This document shows, one piece after another, positions 34,201-45,962 of a stretch of DNA of 64,000 bases. Source of the stretch: Scyliorhinus canicula. Lineage: Eukaryota. The position numbers and the translations under genes are program-made. The first letter of the stretch is position 1, and every line of letters begins with the position of its first letter. The notes beneath the pieces are model-generated. The model worked only from the letters and a program-made list of their open reading frames with translations. It ran no database searches and was not told where the DNA came from. The stretch spans positions 137,868,737 to 137,932,736 of the forward strand of contig NC_052160.1 in NCBI RefSeq assembly GCF_902713615.1. Reading direction: 5' to 3'.

Positions 34201-37200
34201 TGTAATTTCTATGGTACTATGTAAAGCCCAATCCTGTGAATAAAACATTCTAAATCCCATTCAATGGTTTTCCCGCTGGAAAGATTCTGGAGTTTTCAAA
34301 CAGGAGAATTATGGCCCATATTTCTGAATTTCTATTCCTTCAATCAGCCGAAATCTGAGCAAACTTTAGAAGAAGCAGCTTCTATATTAACATATCTTTT
34401 TGAGCTAGTTTTTTATGTTTTTCCTCATAACCTACAACTAATACAGTACATCCCCTCGCCCCCCCCCCCCCGCCACCTCACCCCCGCTATCCCAGATTGC
34501 AGCATTTGTCTTCCCCATCTGCCCCTCTGGAGTCATTTTCTGCCAACTGTCCCCCCCCCCCCCCCCCCCGCCCCCCCGCCCACACTCCTGGATTACATCA
34601 GGTTTCTTCCTTCATATCCCCCCCTCCCCTTCTCCTCCTGCCTCCCTCTCCTCCACCCCCCCCTCTTTGACTCTCCATCCCCCATTATCCGCCAATCTTT
34701 CCACCTTTTTTCCCTACTCATTCCCTCCCTGCCTTCTCTGTTGCTCCGTCTCTTCCCACCACCCTCCCAGCCCTGAGCACGCAGGTCGCAGGGAAGGCCG
34801 GAACTAGAAATGACCCAGGTGTCCAGCTCTACTGCACGTAGTGTACTGGACGTCAATGGGTCGGGGACAGGGGGGACGGGGGACGGGGGGGGGGGGGTGA
34901 CCATCAGAGATGCAGAGAAGAGATTGGGTAGATGGGGGTGGGGGAACAACCAGGCCACCGAGACTCACTCCTATTGTCCTGAGCCCTCATAATTTCTTCC
35001 CAGGTCGACAATTAATAGATTACTAAAATGGATTAAGTGCTGATGGGATATAATAATAATAATCTTTATTATTGTCACAAGTAGGCTTATGCTAACACTG
35101 CAATGAAGTTACAGTGAAAATTCCCCTAGTCGCCAAATTCCGGCGCCTGGTCGGGTACATGGAGGGAGAATTCAGAATGTCCAAATTCCCTAACAGCCCC
35201 TCTTTCGGGACTTGTGGGAGGAAAGCGGAGCACCCGGAGCACGCAGACACGGGGAGAACGTGCAGACTCTGCACAGACAGTGACCCAAGCCGGGAATCGA
35301 ACCTGGGACCCTGGCGTCATGAAGCCACTGTGCTAACCACTGTGCTACCGTGCTGCTGACTTCCCACTTATTAATTAATAATAATAGTAACGCCTGATGT
35401 CTTTCATCACATCTGATATCAAAGTTGGCAAAATACTGCTGACGGCATGAAAAACCCTTCCCAAATTAGAACACGATGTCATTGAATCATAGAATTTACA
35501 GCGCAGAAGGAACATCTGACCATTTTCTTTAGTATAAAAGCAGTTCAGCAGCTAATCTCAGACCCAATGGTTCTGGCGATGAAAACTGAAACTCCATTTG
35601 ACCTACAAGTAACAAACTCACATTGTTTGTATATTTTTAGTGTTTATCCAAAGCGATGCTCAGTTTGTGTCCAACAGGCCTGGAGTTGGGGGTCCCTTCA
35701 TCCACTTTGAAAATTCACCCGAACGTTCTGAGCAATTTCACTGCAGCTACAGAAATAGAAATGGTTCACTAAACGTAGACCCACACACCTCTGAAATATT
35801 AAATTAAAGGTTTAGAACGAGCAGGAATTGAACGCAGGAGCCTTCAATGATCGCAGTGCATTTTACACTACAATCCAGTCCGTACATTAAAAACAGAAAA
35901 TATTTCTGACATTTTCAACATTTGGCTGGTTTATTATATTTTGAGCAATGAAAAGATGCTCAGTTTTTCAGCATTTTGAACTTTTATTGATTGTGTTTCT
36001 CATTTATCAACAGGTACATGGGAGCCAATTGTATCAGAGATCAGTGGTGTTGTGGGAAATGTCGCCACTGTACCATGTCTGTACACGGAGGAGGAGAAAT
36101 TCTATAAGAAATTCCTGTGTAAAGTAACCTCTATAAATAAATGCACCATTATTGCCAGCTCTGATGGGGCTGTAACCAATCTGCAAAATGGGAGTGTTTC
36201 AATCACTATTAATAATTCTCATAATTTTGCTGTTACCCTGGGCAACATTAATAAAGCCGATGAAGGAGAGTACTGGTGTGGAGCAGTGACAGTAAAGAAC
36301 ATAAAGATCATCCAGGTAAAACATCTGACAACTGCTGAAGGTAAGGTTCAATATAAAATTATTATCATTCAATCAGTGATGAATAAAACTCACAAAACAA
36401 TAACAATTGGTCAATGCTTAGTTCTTTATTTACACATTGCGGCCACCCTACTTCATCTCAACCTTTCAGCACATCCTTCTCTTACTTTCCCCCTCGCTAA
36501 GTTTAGCTCAATTTCCCCCGAAGGGCATCTATGAAATTTGTCACAATTACACCTTGTGGTACAGGTAGAACGTCTCAGATCCGCTGACCAAAAAAACAAC
36601 AGTGTCCGTCCGCAAACCAGACATTTTTAGGATGCTCAAGGCACCAATTTTAACTGATTGAAATTTTTAAAAACGCACTGGACAACTCGGCTAGGAGCCA
36701 CGTTGGCACGATGTGGCTCCAGACTAGATACCGGCTTCACCATCCACTCTATCCGCCGCTCCATATGATCCTTACACCAGCTGACCCGGCCTCACATGAA
36801 CCACCCGTGGCCTGGACTGCCCACCCTGCACCCCAGCAAGATCTGAAAGCCATGACTGGATTGGAGGTACTGTCCCTAGTTCCACATTTAACAAGTTCCA
36901 GCTTCTATCAGCTCTCTGGGTATAGTGTCCAAAACTTTCACTAATACTACAAGAAAATGTTGATATTAAAAATATGTTGAAAGTTTGTGCAATACCTCAC
37001 AGATTATTGTCCTTCCAACACTATAAGCTCATTGTGAAGGCCCCTCAGAATCTACCTTTTCCTCAGCTTTCGTGTCAGTCAAGGACAAAGACGTCCTCTC
37101 AAAAATCATTGTTCATTCATCCTGTGTTTGACTAATTGGCTTAAGAAAACGTAATCAGCAAGTGTCCAGGAAAAATGTAACATTTTCCCACCCTTCTGGC

Positions 37201-39284
37201 CACCCACTCCCACCATTTCGCTGCTCACAATACCCAGGTTCACTTTCCATAAATACAGTACGTTGAAGATAATAATTGTGGTGGTTGGCAGTTATTCATC
37301 AAATTATTCATTCATGTTTATTTCTGACAATAGGAAGACCAAATGGTTCCAACGATACCTCAAGGTAAGATTTTAAATTGCAACTTCTAAATATCAGTTT
37401 TGTGCCACCCTCATTGAAGCCACGGTTGTTAGATAATCCTGCTTTCCTCACAGGTCATGATGAGCAACGTGATGTTATTAAATTACTATAATCCACGCAA
37501 CCGCCATCTTGGTGCCATATATTTCCTCATAATTCTGCCATTGATTGTCTTCCCATTTAATACACACATATCGAAGCCAGGGGGCGACGTTTTTCAGACC
37601 TTGGCAGTAACCATTCGGTGCGATAATATGAGAGAGTGACATTAACACTTTCTGCTGATTCCTTCCCTTACGGAACATCCGACACCCCAGCCCAGCGTTT
37701 ATTCATTCACGGGATGTCGATGCTGCTGACAAACCCTCATTCATTGCCCATCCCTAGTTGCCCTTGATAAAATGTTGGTAAGCCACCACCTTGAACCCCT
37801 GCTGTCTATGTGATTTCGATACACCCACCGGTGTTGTACGGTGCAGAGGGTTTTGACGCAGAAAAGGTGAAGGAATCATGATCCACTTACAGGTCAAGTT
37901 AGTGTGGTAGTTAAGAAGGTGAAGTTGAGGTGGTGCTGCTTTACCTGTTGGCCTTGTCTTTCCAACTGGTGATGGTCACAGGTTTGGAAGGTGTTACTGG
38001 AGAAGCCTTAGAACACTGCTGTAATGCATCCTCAACAGAGAGATGCAGTCTCACCAGAACACAGCTCGTCTCTGCGCAATTCCTGTTAGAGATATTTTCC
38101 CTGTGTGTACAAAGCCCAAAACTCCTAGGCATGACTACACTTTGAAAATCACCCCATAGCTCGTACAAACTGTCACTCCGTTCATTATAATTTTGCAGAA
38201 TTGTTTTGACCTTATTGATGGTCATATTGCATGAACTGTGAGTTAAATTATTTTGTACTGTATTAATTATAATTCCTTGTTTAATCAGAGAGGTTCTGCT
38301 GAAGATATGGACTATATTCCGTTGGCTGCTCTTTGCGGCTATGGCTGTTTGCTCCGCTTCAGTCACATGCTACGCACATTTTGCAAAAGGGCCAGGTATA
38401 AAATATGAAATCTATTTGCTCTAATATTTACAGATATTTTACTTCAGCCTAAAAGCTCAGGCACTTTGAAAGTTGCCAAGAAAAGCAACGCATAATCCAC
38501 AAGAAAATAAGTTCTCCCTGTGAAATTTTAACAAGGGAGCCATTCGAGTGTGGTAACAATGACCTTTGGGGTGAATTTTAAACTCGTTAACAGAAAGGAT
38601 AAAAATGTTAGTTCATCAGGAGATTTCATTTTTACGCGGGAGCGCAAGGTGGGGAAAATTTAAGTCGGCAGTCAAGGCAGAGCACTGTTTAATTAAATTA
38701 TTTATTTATAATGCATGCCTGTGTACAAAGGCGGCCTTGAACATGGGTAAAGGAGGATCAACAGTGCCCCTGAGGGCAGCACGGTGGCGCATTGAGTCCC
38801 AGGTTCGATCCCGGCTCTGGGCCACTGTCCGTGTGGAGTTTGCACATTCTCCCCGTGTTTGCGTGGGTTTCGCCCCCACAACCCAAAGATGTGCAGGGTA
38901 GGTGAATTGGCCACACTAAATTGCCCCTTAATTGGAAAAAATGAATTGGGTACTCTAAATTTATTTTTTAAAAACAGTGCCCCTGGACCAGGCACAGCAT
39001 TGCATTGTATAATCTGGAACCCATGATGTGCCCCAGAGCTGTGGGCACCAGATGTAAAATAGAGAGCTTCCCTGAACCCAGGAAATTGGAGCGAGATCAC
39101 AGTGCGAGGTTATGGCAAACAAACCTCAGCACTTACATCAGAATATCTCCATCCACACTCTCACCTATTTTATCACTAGTATTGCTTGAAGTATTTGACT
39201 TACAGAAAAAAGTGAATCCATCCGTTTTCCTCATTCCGATTGTTTAAATTAATTTGTTATTCAGTTCTGCAGGCCAGCAAATGA
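27237..39284 (+). CDS. Gene 2 (complete): two-V-domain CD300/pIgR-like activating-type receptor, 284 aa; join(27237-27276, 32076-32405, 36014-36340, 37334-37364, 38289-38395, 39265-39284)
   Basis: Exon lengths 40+330+327+31+107+20 = 855 nt form one stop-free frame: MIITALLFLTLIST-SQTQ...KVFT-GTWEP...[56 protein letters not shown]; the last exon is the least certain. Confidence 0.85.
27440..28130 (-). mobile_element. Non-LTR retrotransposon fragments (3' end and APE endonuclease); paralog ~48030-49060
   Basis: GELSHRL..QQPDIVILTESYL...QDRPSRGGGTVV endonuclease motif. Confidence 0.65.
28190..28446. repeat. (TA)n/TTTAGCAG compound microsatellite spanning an assembly gap (110 N, 28231-28340)
   Basis: Seen directly. 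Confidence 0.9.
28545..29395 (+). mobile_element. Decayed CR1 ORF1 (esterase)
   Basis: VCCLPGARVRDVSD...WLQGWCRREGFRYVDHW...DGLHLN with stops and frameshifts. Confidence 0.8.
29400..31367. repeat. Inverted segmental duplication, right arm, with a ~450-nt insertion (SINE piece, poly-G tract, terminus ccttgggccggccctg at 29563-30014)
   Basis: Reverse complement of 24350-25846. Confidence 0.9.
30965..31305 (-). mobile_element. V-SINE/HE1-like SINE (duplicate of 24424-24764)
   Basis: Reverse-complement match. Confidence 0.85.
32076..32405 (+). CDS. Gene 2 exon: V-set Ig domain D1
   Basis: cccaacag acceptor, ACA G|gtaag donor, 330 nt; C...WWC...C...YCC. Confidence 0.92.
32576..33693 (+). mobile_element. 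Penelope-like element: GIY-YIG C-terminal fragment (+, ~33072-33600) preceded by an inverted 3'/pLTR segment (32576-33070)
   Basis: GTFPCNRRRCNTC...VYCIRC..CGLLYIGETKRRLGDRF; ccatttcatttca occurs in both orientations, the classic Penelope inverted arrangement. Confidence 0.85.
32674..32711 (-). ncRNA. Minimal hammerhead-ribozyme-like motif in the Penelope pLTR
   Basis: Minus strand AGCU-UUGACAA-A-GAGUC(AUCG)GACUC-GAAACGUU-CGCU. Confidence 0.5.
35051..35356 (-). mobile_element. V-SINE/HE1-like SINE with (TAA)n end
   Basis: Reverse-complement head gcagcacggtagcacagtggttagc, B box and V core. Confidence 0.8.
36014..36340 (+). CDS. Gene 2 exon: V-set Ig domain D2
   Basis: tatcaacag acceptor, GAA G|gtaag donor, 327 nt; DEGEYWCG. 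Confidence 0.92.
37334..37364 (+). CDS. Gene 2 exon: stalk (GRPNGSNDTSR)
   Basis: aatag / gtaaga boundaries, 31 nt, paralogous to 21654-21684. Confidence 0.75.
38289..38395 (+). CDS. Gene 2 exon: transmembrane segment with Arg
   Basis: ttaatcag acceptor, CCA G|gtataa donor, 107 nt; [23 protein letters not shown]. Confidence 0.82.
38773..38972 (+). mobile_element. V-SINE with A-rich tail, 13-bp TSD AACAGTGCCCCTG, specific to gene 2
   Basis: TSD at 38760-38772 and 38973-38985; empty site in gene 1 at ~23079. Confidence 0.9.
39265..39284 (+). CDS. Gene 2 probable terminal coding exon (VLQASK*)
   Basis: Identical to the gene 1 tail; sequence after the stop differs from gene 1 by a 4-nt indel, as expected of UTR. 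Confidence 0.5.
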
Positions 39285-39497
39285 TCGTTTCTGTGGAAAC
39301 ATCAGCCAGAGAACACCAATGGGATCAGAGCTGCACTCGAAGACCGGCCAGAAGGTTGACTAATACCTACACGAATGACCAGAATATTTTCACCTTGCTT
39401 TTAGAAGTTACTTTCCCATATTGCAGTGTTTTATACTTTATGACAATCTGAAAAGCTTTGTAACGTCTTCATAAATTGTGCGAGCTGCTTTGATTAT

Positions 39498-39503
39498 AAT
39501 AAA
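39498..39503 (+). terminator. Putative polyadenylation signal of gene 2
   Basis: AATAAA conserved with gene 1 (23567). Confidence 0.5.
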
Positions 39504-40489
39504 AACAACTAGATGATAAACTTTGTTGATTTTTTTTGACATTAAGGAGCAGTGGATGCCGGAACACTAAAGAAATTTGAGGAGGAGATAACCAGGTTTT
39601 TAATTAGTGGTGGGATGAAGTATTATTGGAATGGGCAGGATGGTGGGAGATCAGGCCTGGACGAGATCAGCCAAGATTGTTAGGGAGGCGATGGTACAGT
39701 AGTGTTGTCATTAGACCAGTAATCCAGAGGTGCGGGATCCTAGTTCAAATCCCACCTTGGCAGATGGTGAAATTTCAATTCAATAAAAAAATCTGGAATG
39801 AAAAGTAGAATGATGACCATGAAACCATTGCCGATTGTCGTAAAAACCCATCTAGTTCACTAAGGTCCTTCAGGAAAGGGAATCAGCCGTCCTTACCGGT
39901 CTGGCCGAAATGTGACTCCAGATACACACAACAATCCTTCGCCCCTCAGTTCAAGGGCAATTAGGGATGGGTAACAAATGCTGGCCCAGCCCAGCGACGC
40001 CCACATCCAAAGAGTGAATTTTAAAAAGTATTGAATGGCGGAGCAGGGCCGAGGGGTTGAAATGCTGACTCCTGCTCCTGGTTCCTATGGTCTTACGTTT
40101 GTGTCCTTATGAGTAAAATGCGATTTCAGAAATTTTTATCTGAACCCAGAATTCATATTTAATGATATTACTAGGGAATTACTAAACCCAAGGTCACTCT
40201 GAGTTGGAAGGTTGTGAATGAGTTTTGTTGTCCAGCAGCTACAATAGCTGATCCTCTCGCTTCGGAATCTCTTTGTCCAGCCACATGACTTTTAAAGTTC
40301 TGCAAGAGGGAATTATTTTGTGCTCACCCAACAGGATTACTTCTCTTAATCCCTCATTCATGTGGCCAATTGTGAGTATTCACACACACCAGTCAAATGC
40401 TAGCTGTTTAATTCTTTCTAATTCAAGGAAGGTTAAGTGGCCTTTTTGCAAGAATTCCTAAATCCCATAGATACATAGATGATAGGAGC

Positions 40490-40800
40490 AGGAGGAGGCC
40501 TTTTCGCCCTGCGAGCCTGCTCCGCCATTCATCACAATCATGGCTGATCATCCAACTCAATAGCCTAATCCTGCTTTCTCCCCATGGCCTTTGATCCCAT
40601 TCTCCCCAAGTGCTATATCTAGCCACCTCTTGAATATATTCAATGTTTCAGCATCAACTACTTCCTGTGGTAATGAATTCCACAGGCTCACCACTCTTTG
40701 GGTGAAGAAGTGTCTCCTCATCTCTGTCCGAAATGGTTTACCCAGAATCCTCAGGCTATGACCCCTGTTTCTGGACACACCCATCATTGGTAACATCTGA
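40490..40800 (-). mobile_element. CR1 3' end fragment
   Basis: RGHSLRI...FRTEMRRHFFTQRVVSLWNSLPQ and tctatg tail. Confidence 0.8.
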
Positions 40801-40969
40801 GGGTTGGGGGGTGGGGTGTGTGCAGAGTGCCACCCCCCCCAACAGCCTCCTGCCTTCCTGAGTACGAGGGGCTGAGGCCATGACTGCAGAACAAGTTAAT
40901 GGAACCCTTCCCGCCACCTCCGTCAGCTTCCCACACAACTCCTGGGAGACATCGGGGGGTTTATAACGC

Positions 40970-43900
40970 TGTGGTAGTATGACTACTGGTACTCCGGTAC
41001 CTAGCAATGCCGAGACACCATTAGTGGAGACGGCTCGCTGCTCATTGGTATGTAACACTAGTCACCCATTGGTTAGAACTGTAAGGTAGCTCCGCCCTGT
41101 AAGGCGGGGTATAAGAGCCCGTGTATTCCCCACAGCTTCCTTTCTGTACCTGAGCTGCTGGGGAAACATCTTGTGTATTAAAGCCTTCAGTTCGGACTAC
41201 AACCTCGCTTCTGTGGTCAATTAATAGTGCATCAATTTAATAGACAAGATTTTAACGGATGGAGGTCCGCATCAAGCCGGAGTGTCGACAACTTAGCCCC
41301 CATGCGACTAACGCAGCAGCAACCTTTAAGCACTGGTTAGCATGTTTTAACGGCTACCTCGGCACGGCAGAAAGCACACCTACGAGGGAGCAGAAACTGC
41401 AGATCTTGCACTCGAGAGTGGGCCTGGACATCTATAGGCTCATCAAGGACGCTACTGACCGGGCGTTAATTTATTGCTTCTCTTTTGTATTTACGGCAGT
41501 GGGGCGGGGGGGGGGAGGGAGTTCTGTTTTTTTTTGTTCTTAGAATTTTCGGTTATTGTTTTCAATTTTGTGAAAATGTGAAAATTTGAATAAAAATTAA
41601 TTTTTTTTAAAAAAGGACGCTACTGACTACGATTCCGCAATGGAACTACACAAAGGACATTATATCCACCCAGTAAACCAAGCCTACGCCCGGCACCTGC
41701 AGGCAACGAGGCGGCAGAGCCCTGGTGAGTCACTAGACAAGTTCTATCGTGCGTTCCTCGTGCTACGGAGAAACTGCAGCTGCCCACAGGTTTGGGCTAA
41801 CGAACATACTGAACTATTGATCCGGGACATTTTGTTGCGGGAATGCAGTCCCCACTAATCCACCAGAGACTGCTCGTGAAAGAAACTCTGGGCCTCAAGG
41901 AGGCACAGGCCTCGCCGACTCGCTGGATGTGGCCTCCCGAAACGCCCGTGCCTACGCCCCCGACCGCGCGCCGGCCCCCTGGGCAGTGTGGAATTCCCCC
42001 TCAGTGGACTCTGAATCGCCTGAGGCCTGCGCTGCGAGACGCCCCAGCAACCCCGCTGGGCCCCGTTGTTGTTTCTGCGGGCAAGCGAAACACCCCCGAC
42101 AGCGCTGCCCAGCCCGTTCGGCAACGTGTAAGGGGTGCGGCAAAAAGGGCCATTTCATGGCGGTCTGCCCGGCCCGGGCGGTCGCTGCGGTCCCGGGCGG
42201 CGAGTGCGGATCGCGGCTCCAACCCTCTCCACGGGTACCATGCCGCCCATGAATATCGCCATCTTCCTCCCTCAGCGCCACGTGGGACCTCCGGGCGCCG
42301 CCATCTTGCTCCGCCGACGCCACGTGCGGGGGGATGGGCGCCGCCATTTTGTCCCTCCTCAGCCATGTGTGACCAATAGGCGCCGCCATCTTGGACCGGC
42401 TCCAAGGACCTCAGAGCGGGTGACCACACACCGCCCGATGATGACTCTGAACTCCTGCCACAGCTGGCACCGGTGACCCTGGACCAGTCTCGACCCTGCA
42501 CTCTTTCCACAGCAACGACAATGGTATTGATCAACGGGCACGAGACGTCCTGTCTGCTCGACTCTGGGAGCACGGAGAGCTTTATACATCCTGAGACAGT
42601 AAGGCGCTGTTCTCTTCCTGTCCACCCCGTCAATCAAAAAATCTCTCCGGCCTCTGGCTCCCATTCAGTTGAAATAAAAGGGTATTGTGTAGCGAACCTC
42701 ACGGTCCAGGGAAGCGAGTTCAAGAATTACAGGCTCTACGTCCTCCCCTACCTCTCGTGGCCACACTCCTAGGGTTGGATTTTCAGTGTAATCTTCAGAG
42801 TCTAACGTTTAAATTCGGCGGCCCTATACCCCCTCTCACTGTCTGCAGCCTCGCGACCCTCAAGGTCGACCCCCCCTCCCTATTAGCAAACCTCACCCCG
42901 GATTGCCACCCCGTCACTCCAGCAGTAGACGGTACAGTGCCCAGGACCTGACGTTCATCAGGACCGAGGTCCAGCGGCTTCTGAGGGAAGGGGTCATCGA
43001 AGCCAGCAACAGCCCCTGGAGAGCTCAAGTTGTGGTGGTAAAGACCGGGGACAAGAACAGGATGGTCATCGATTACAGCCAGACCATCAACAGGTTTACG
43101 CAACTGAATGCGTACCCCCTACCCCGTATATCCGACCTGGTCAACAGGATCGCGCAGTACAAGGTCTTCTCCACGGTAGACCTAAAGTCCGCCTACCACC
43201 AGCTCCCCATCCGCGCGAGTGATCGCAGGTATACTGCGTTCGAGGCGGATGGGCGATTCTACCACTTCTTAAGGGTTCCCTTCGGTGTCACAAACGGGGT
43301 CTCAGTCTTTCAGCGAGAGATGGACCGAATGGTCGACCAATACGGTTTATGGGCAACATTCCCGTATCTCAATAATGTCACCATCTTCGGCCACGACCAG
43401 CAGGACCACGACACCAACCTCCGCAAATTCCTCCAGACTGCAAAACTCCTGAACCTAACGTACAACAAGGATAAATACGTGTTTGGCACCGACCGTCTAG
43501 CCATCCTCGGCTACGTAGTGCGAAATGGAGTGATAGGCCCCGACCCGGAACGCATGCGCCCCCTTATGGAGTTCCCCCTCCCTCACTGCTCCAAGGCCCT
43601 GAAGCGCTGCCTCGGGTTCTTCTCTTACTACGCCCAGTGGGTCCCCAACTACGCCGACAAAGCCCGTCCTCTTATCCAAACAACTACTTTCCCCCTGTCG
43701 ACGGAAGCCCGCCAGGCCTTCAGCCGCATCAAAGCGGATATCGCAAAGGCCACGATGCGTGCCATCGACGAGTCCCTCCCCTTCCAAGTCGAGAGCGACG
43801 CATCTGACGTGGCTCTGGCGGCCACCCTCAACCAAGCTGGCAGACCCGTGGCCTTCTTCTCGCGTACCCTCCATGCTTCCGAAATCCGCCACTCCTTGGT

Positions 43901-45320
43901 CGAGAAGGAAGCACAGGCCATAGTAGATGCTGTGCGACATTGGAGGCATTACCTGGCTGGCAGAAGGTTTACCCTCCTCACGCACCAACGGTCGGTAGCT
44001 TTCATGTTCGACAATGCACAGCCGGGCAAGATAAAGAACGATACGGTGGACGATCGAATTATCCACCTATAACTACGAGATCCTGTATTGTCCCAGGAAG
44101 CTAAACGAGCCTGCTGATGCCCTGTCCCATGGCACATGTGACAAAGCACAAGTGGACCGCCTCCGAGCCCTTCACGAGGACCTCTGCCACCCCGGGGTCA
44201 CTCGTTTCTTCCATTTCGTAAAGACCCGCAACCTGCCCTACTCCATCGAGGAGGTCAGAACAGTCACTAGGAACTTCCACATCTGCACGGAGTGCAAGCC
44301 GCACTTCTACCGTCCAGAGAAAGCGCATCTGATAAAGGCTTCCCGTCCCTTTGAAAGCCTCAGCAAGGACTTCAAAGGTCCCCTCCCCTCTACCAACCGC
44401 AACACGTACTTCCTCAACGTGATTGACGAGTACTCCTGCTTCCCGTTCGCCATCCCCTGCCCCGATATGACCACAACCACAATCATCAAAGCAGTCCACA
44501 GCATTTTATCCCAGTTCGGATTCCCCGCCTACATACACAGTGATAGGGGGTCCTCCTTTATGAGTGACGAACTGCGTCAATTCCTGCTTAGCAAGGGAAT
44601 TGCCTCGAACAGAATGACCAATTACAATCCCCGGGGTAACGGACAGGTTGAGAGGGAGAACGGAGCAGTCGGGAAGACCATCCTACTGGCCCTATGGTCC
44701 AGGAATCTCCCAGTCCCCCGCTGGCAGGAGCTCCTCCCAGACGCCCTCCACTCCATCCGGTCTCTGCTCTGCACTGCAACTAACCAAACACCTTACGAAC
44801 GTCTCCTTGTCTTCCCTAGGAAGTCCTCCTCAGGGACCTCGCTCCCGACCTGGTTGGCAGCCCCCGGGCCCATCCTGCTCCGGAAACACGCGCGGGCACA
44901 CAAGTCGGACCCGTTTTTCGAAAGGGTCCTCTACTCCATGCTAACCCCCAGTACGTGTACGTGGAGTACCCCGACGGCCGACAAGACACGGTCTCCCTAT
45001 GGGACCTGGCGCCCGCTGGATCCCCTCCCTCGCCCTCGACGCCAGCCCCACCTTCCCCCCCACCGGCGCACCTCACTGTCGCCCCCTGCCTTGGACAACC
45101 GGTTTTCCCACTGGCCCTGCCTGGAACCCCCCCCCCCCCCCCGCCCACGACTGCACTCTACAGACGCTCCCTTCCCTGGTCAGTCAACCTCCCCACCAGC
45201 GCCATCTAGAGGTCTGGATGCCGCCTCCCCGGGTCGGCCACCCTCACCAGCGCCATCTAGGGGTCTTGAAGCCGCTATGGGGACTGGATCCACGCTCCCG
45301 GAGTCACAAACGCCTGCACC
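40970..45320 (+). mobile_element. Ty3/Gypsy retrotransposon, 5' LTR 40970-41234, gag-pol with frameshifts, 3' LTR missing
   Basis: TG..CA LTR; gag ATG 41259 with CCHC knuckle (CCFCGQAKHPRQRC); protease LDSGS; RT/RNase H 42903-44072; integrase 44152 onward; same family as 8218-12227. Confidence 0.92.
41460..41612 (+). mobile_element. 153-bp L1-type 3' tail inserted into Gypsy gag, 15-bp TSD AAGGACGCTACTGAC
   Basis: TSD at 41445-41459 and 41613-41627; AATAAA and A-rich end. Confidence 0.8.
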
Positions 45321-45962
45321 TACTTTACACTGGTTTAGGTACAACAGTTATACAATTTTCCAAAATTCAGTACCCACCCCAGTTGGACTATATCCAATCC
45401 CTGTATCTGTCAATTTTATCTTCACCAATGAAGTTTATTTTAGGCAGCATGGTGACTGCGTGATCAGCTCATGATTTAGCCCCATCCTGTTCCCTGGCCT
45501 CTGTCATTTTCATATCCGTGCTCCTTTGCTCCCCCCTGTCCCATGTCGCTTATCTCAATCAGTCCCTGCCCAGCTGATTCTTCGTTCTGGGTGCAGGGTG
45601 TTGAAGCTGGTTCCTCTTTGTGCCATGGCCTGTCTGAGCGCAGGATGTTGGGCCACTGATAAGAAGTATTCACTGAGCTGACTGTGTTACTGCTGGCCAC
45701 ACTATTCCTGTCTAATTCTGCCTATCTTGAGAACTCGGTCACGTTAGCTTAAATCCCATCATACATCCCGCCCACTACTTATCAGCCAGAGTTTAAATGC
45801 CTGTCGCTGCTATGTTCTACAGGTTTAATGGTTAATAATGATTACTGGGGATACTTTCAATGATTAATCTCAATTCTTAACAAGTTAACTTATGTAGAAT
45901 TATTCTAGTGTTATCCTAGCAATCCGGTTTTAAGGGGTCATACCTCAGGACACCCCCCTTCA

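Noticed and set aside
27237-39284. Calling the gene a pIgR, CD300 or TCR/Ig ortholog with a gene symbol
   Set aside because: Family-level similarity only; the short tail and TM Arg differ from pIgR; no constant domain; orthology needs phylogeny and synteny
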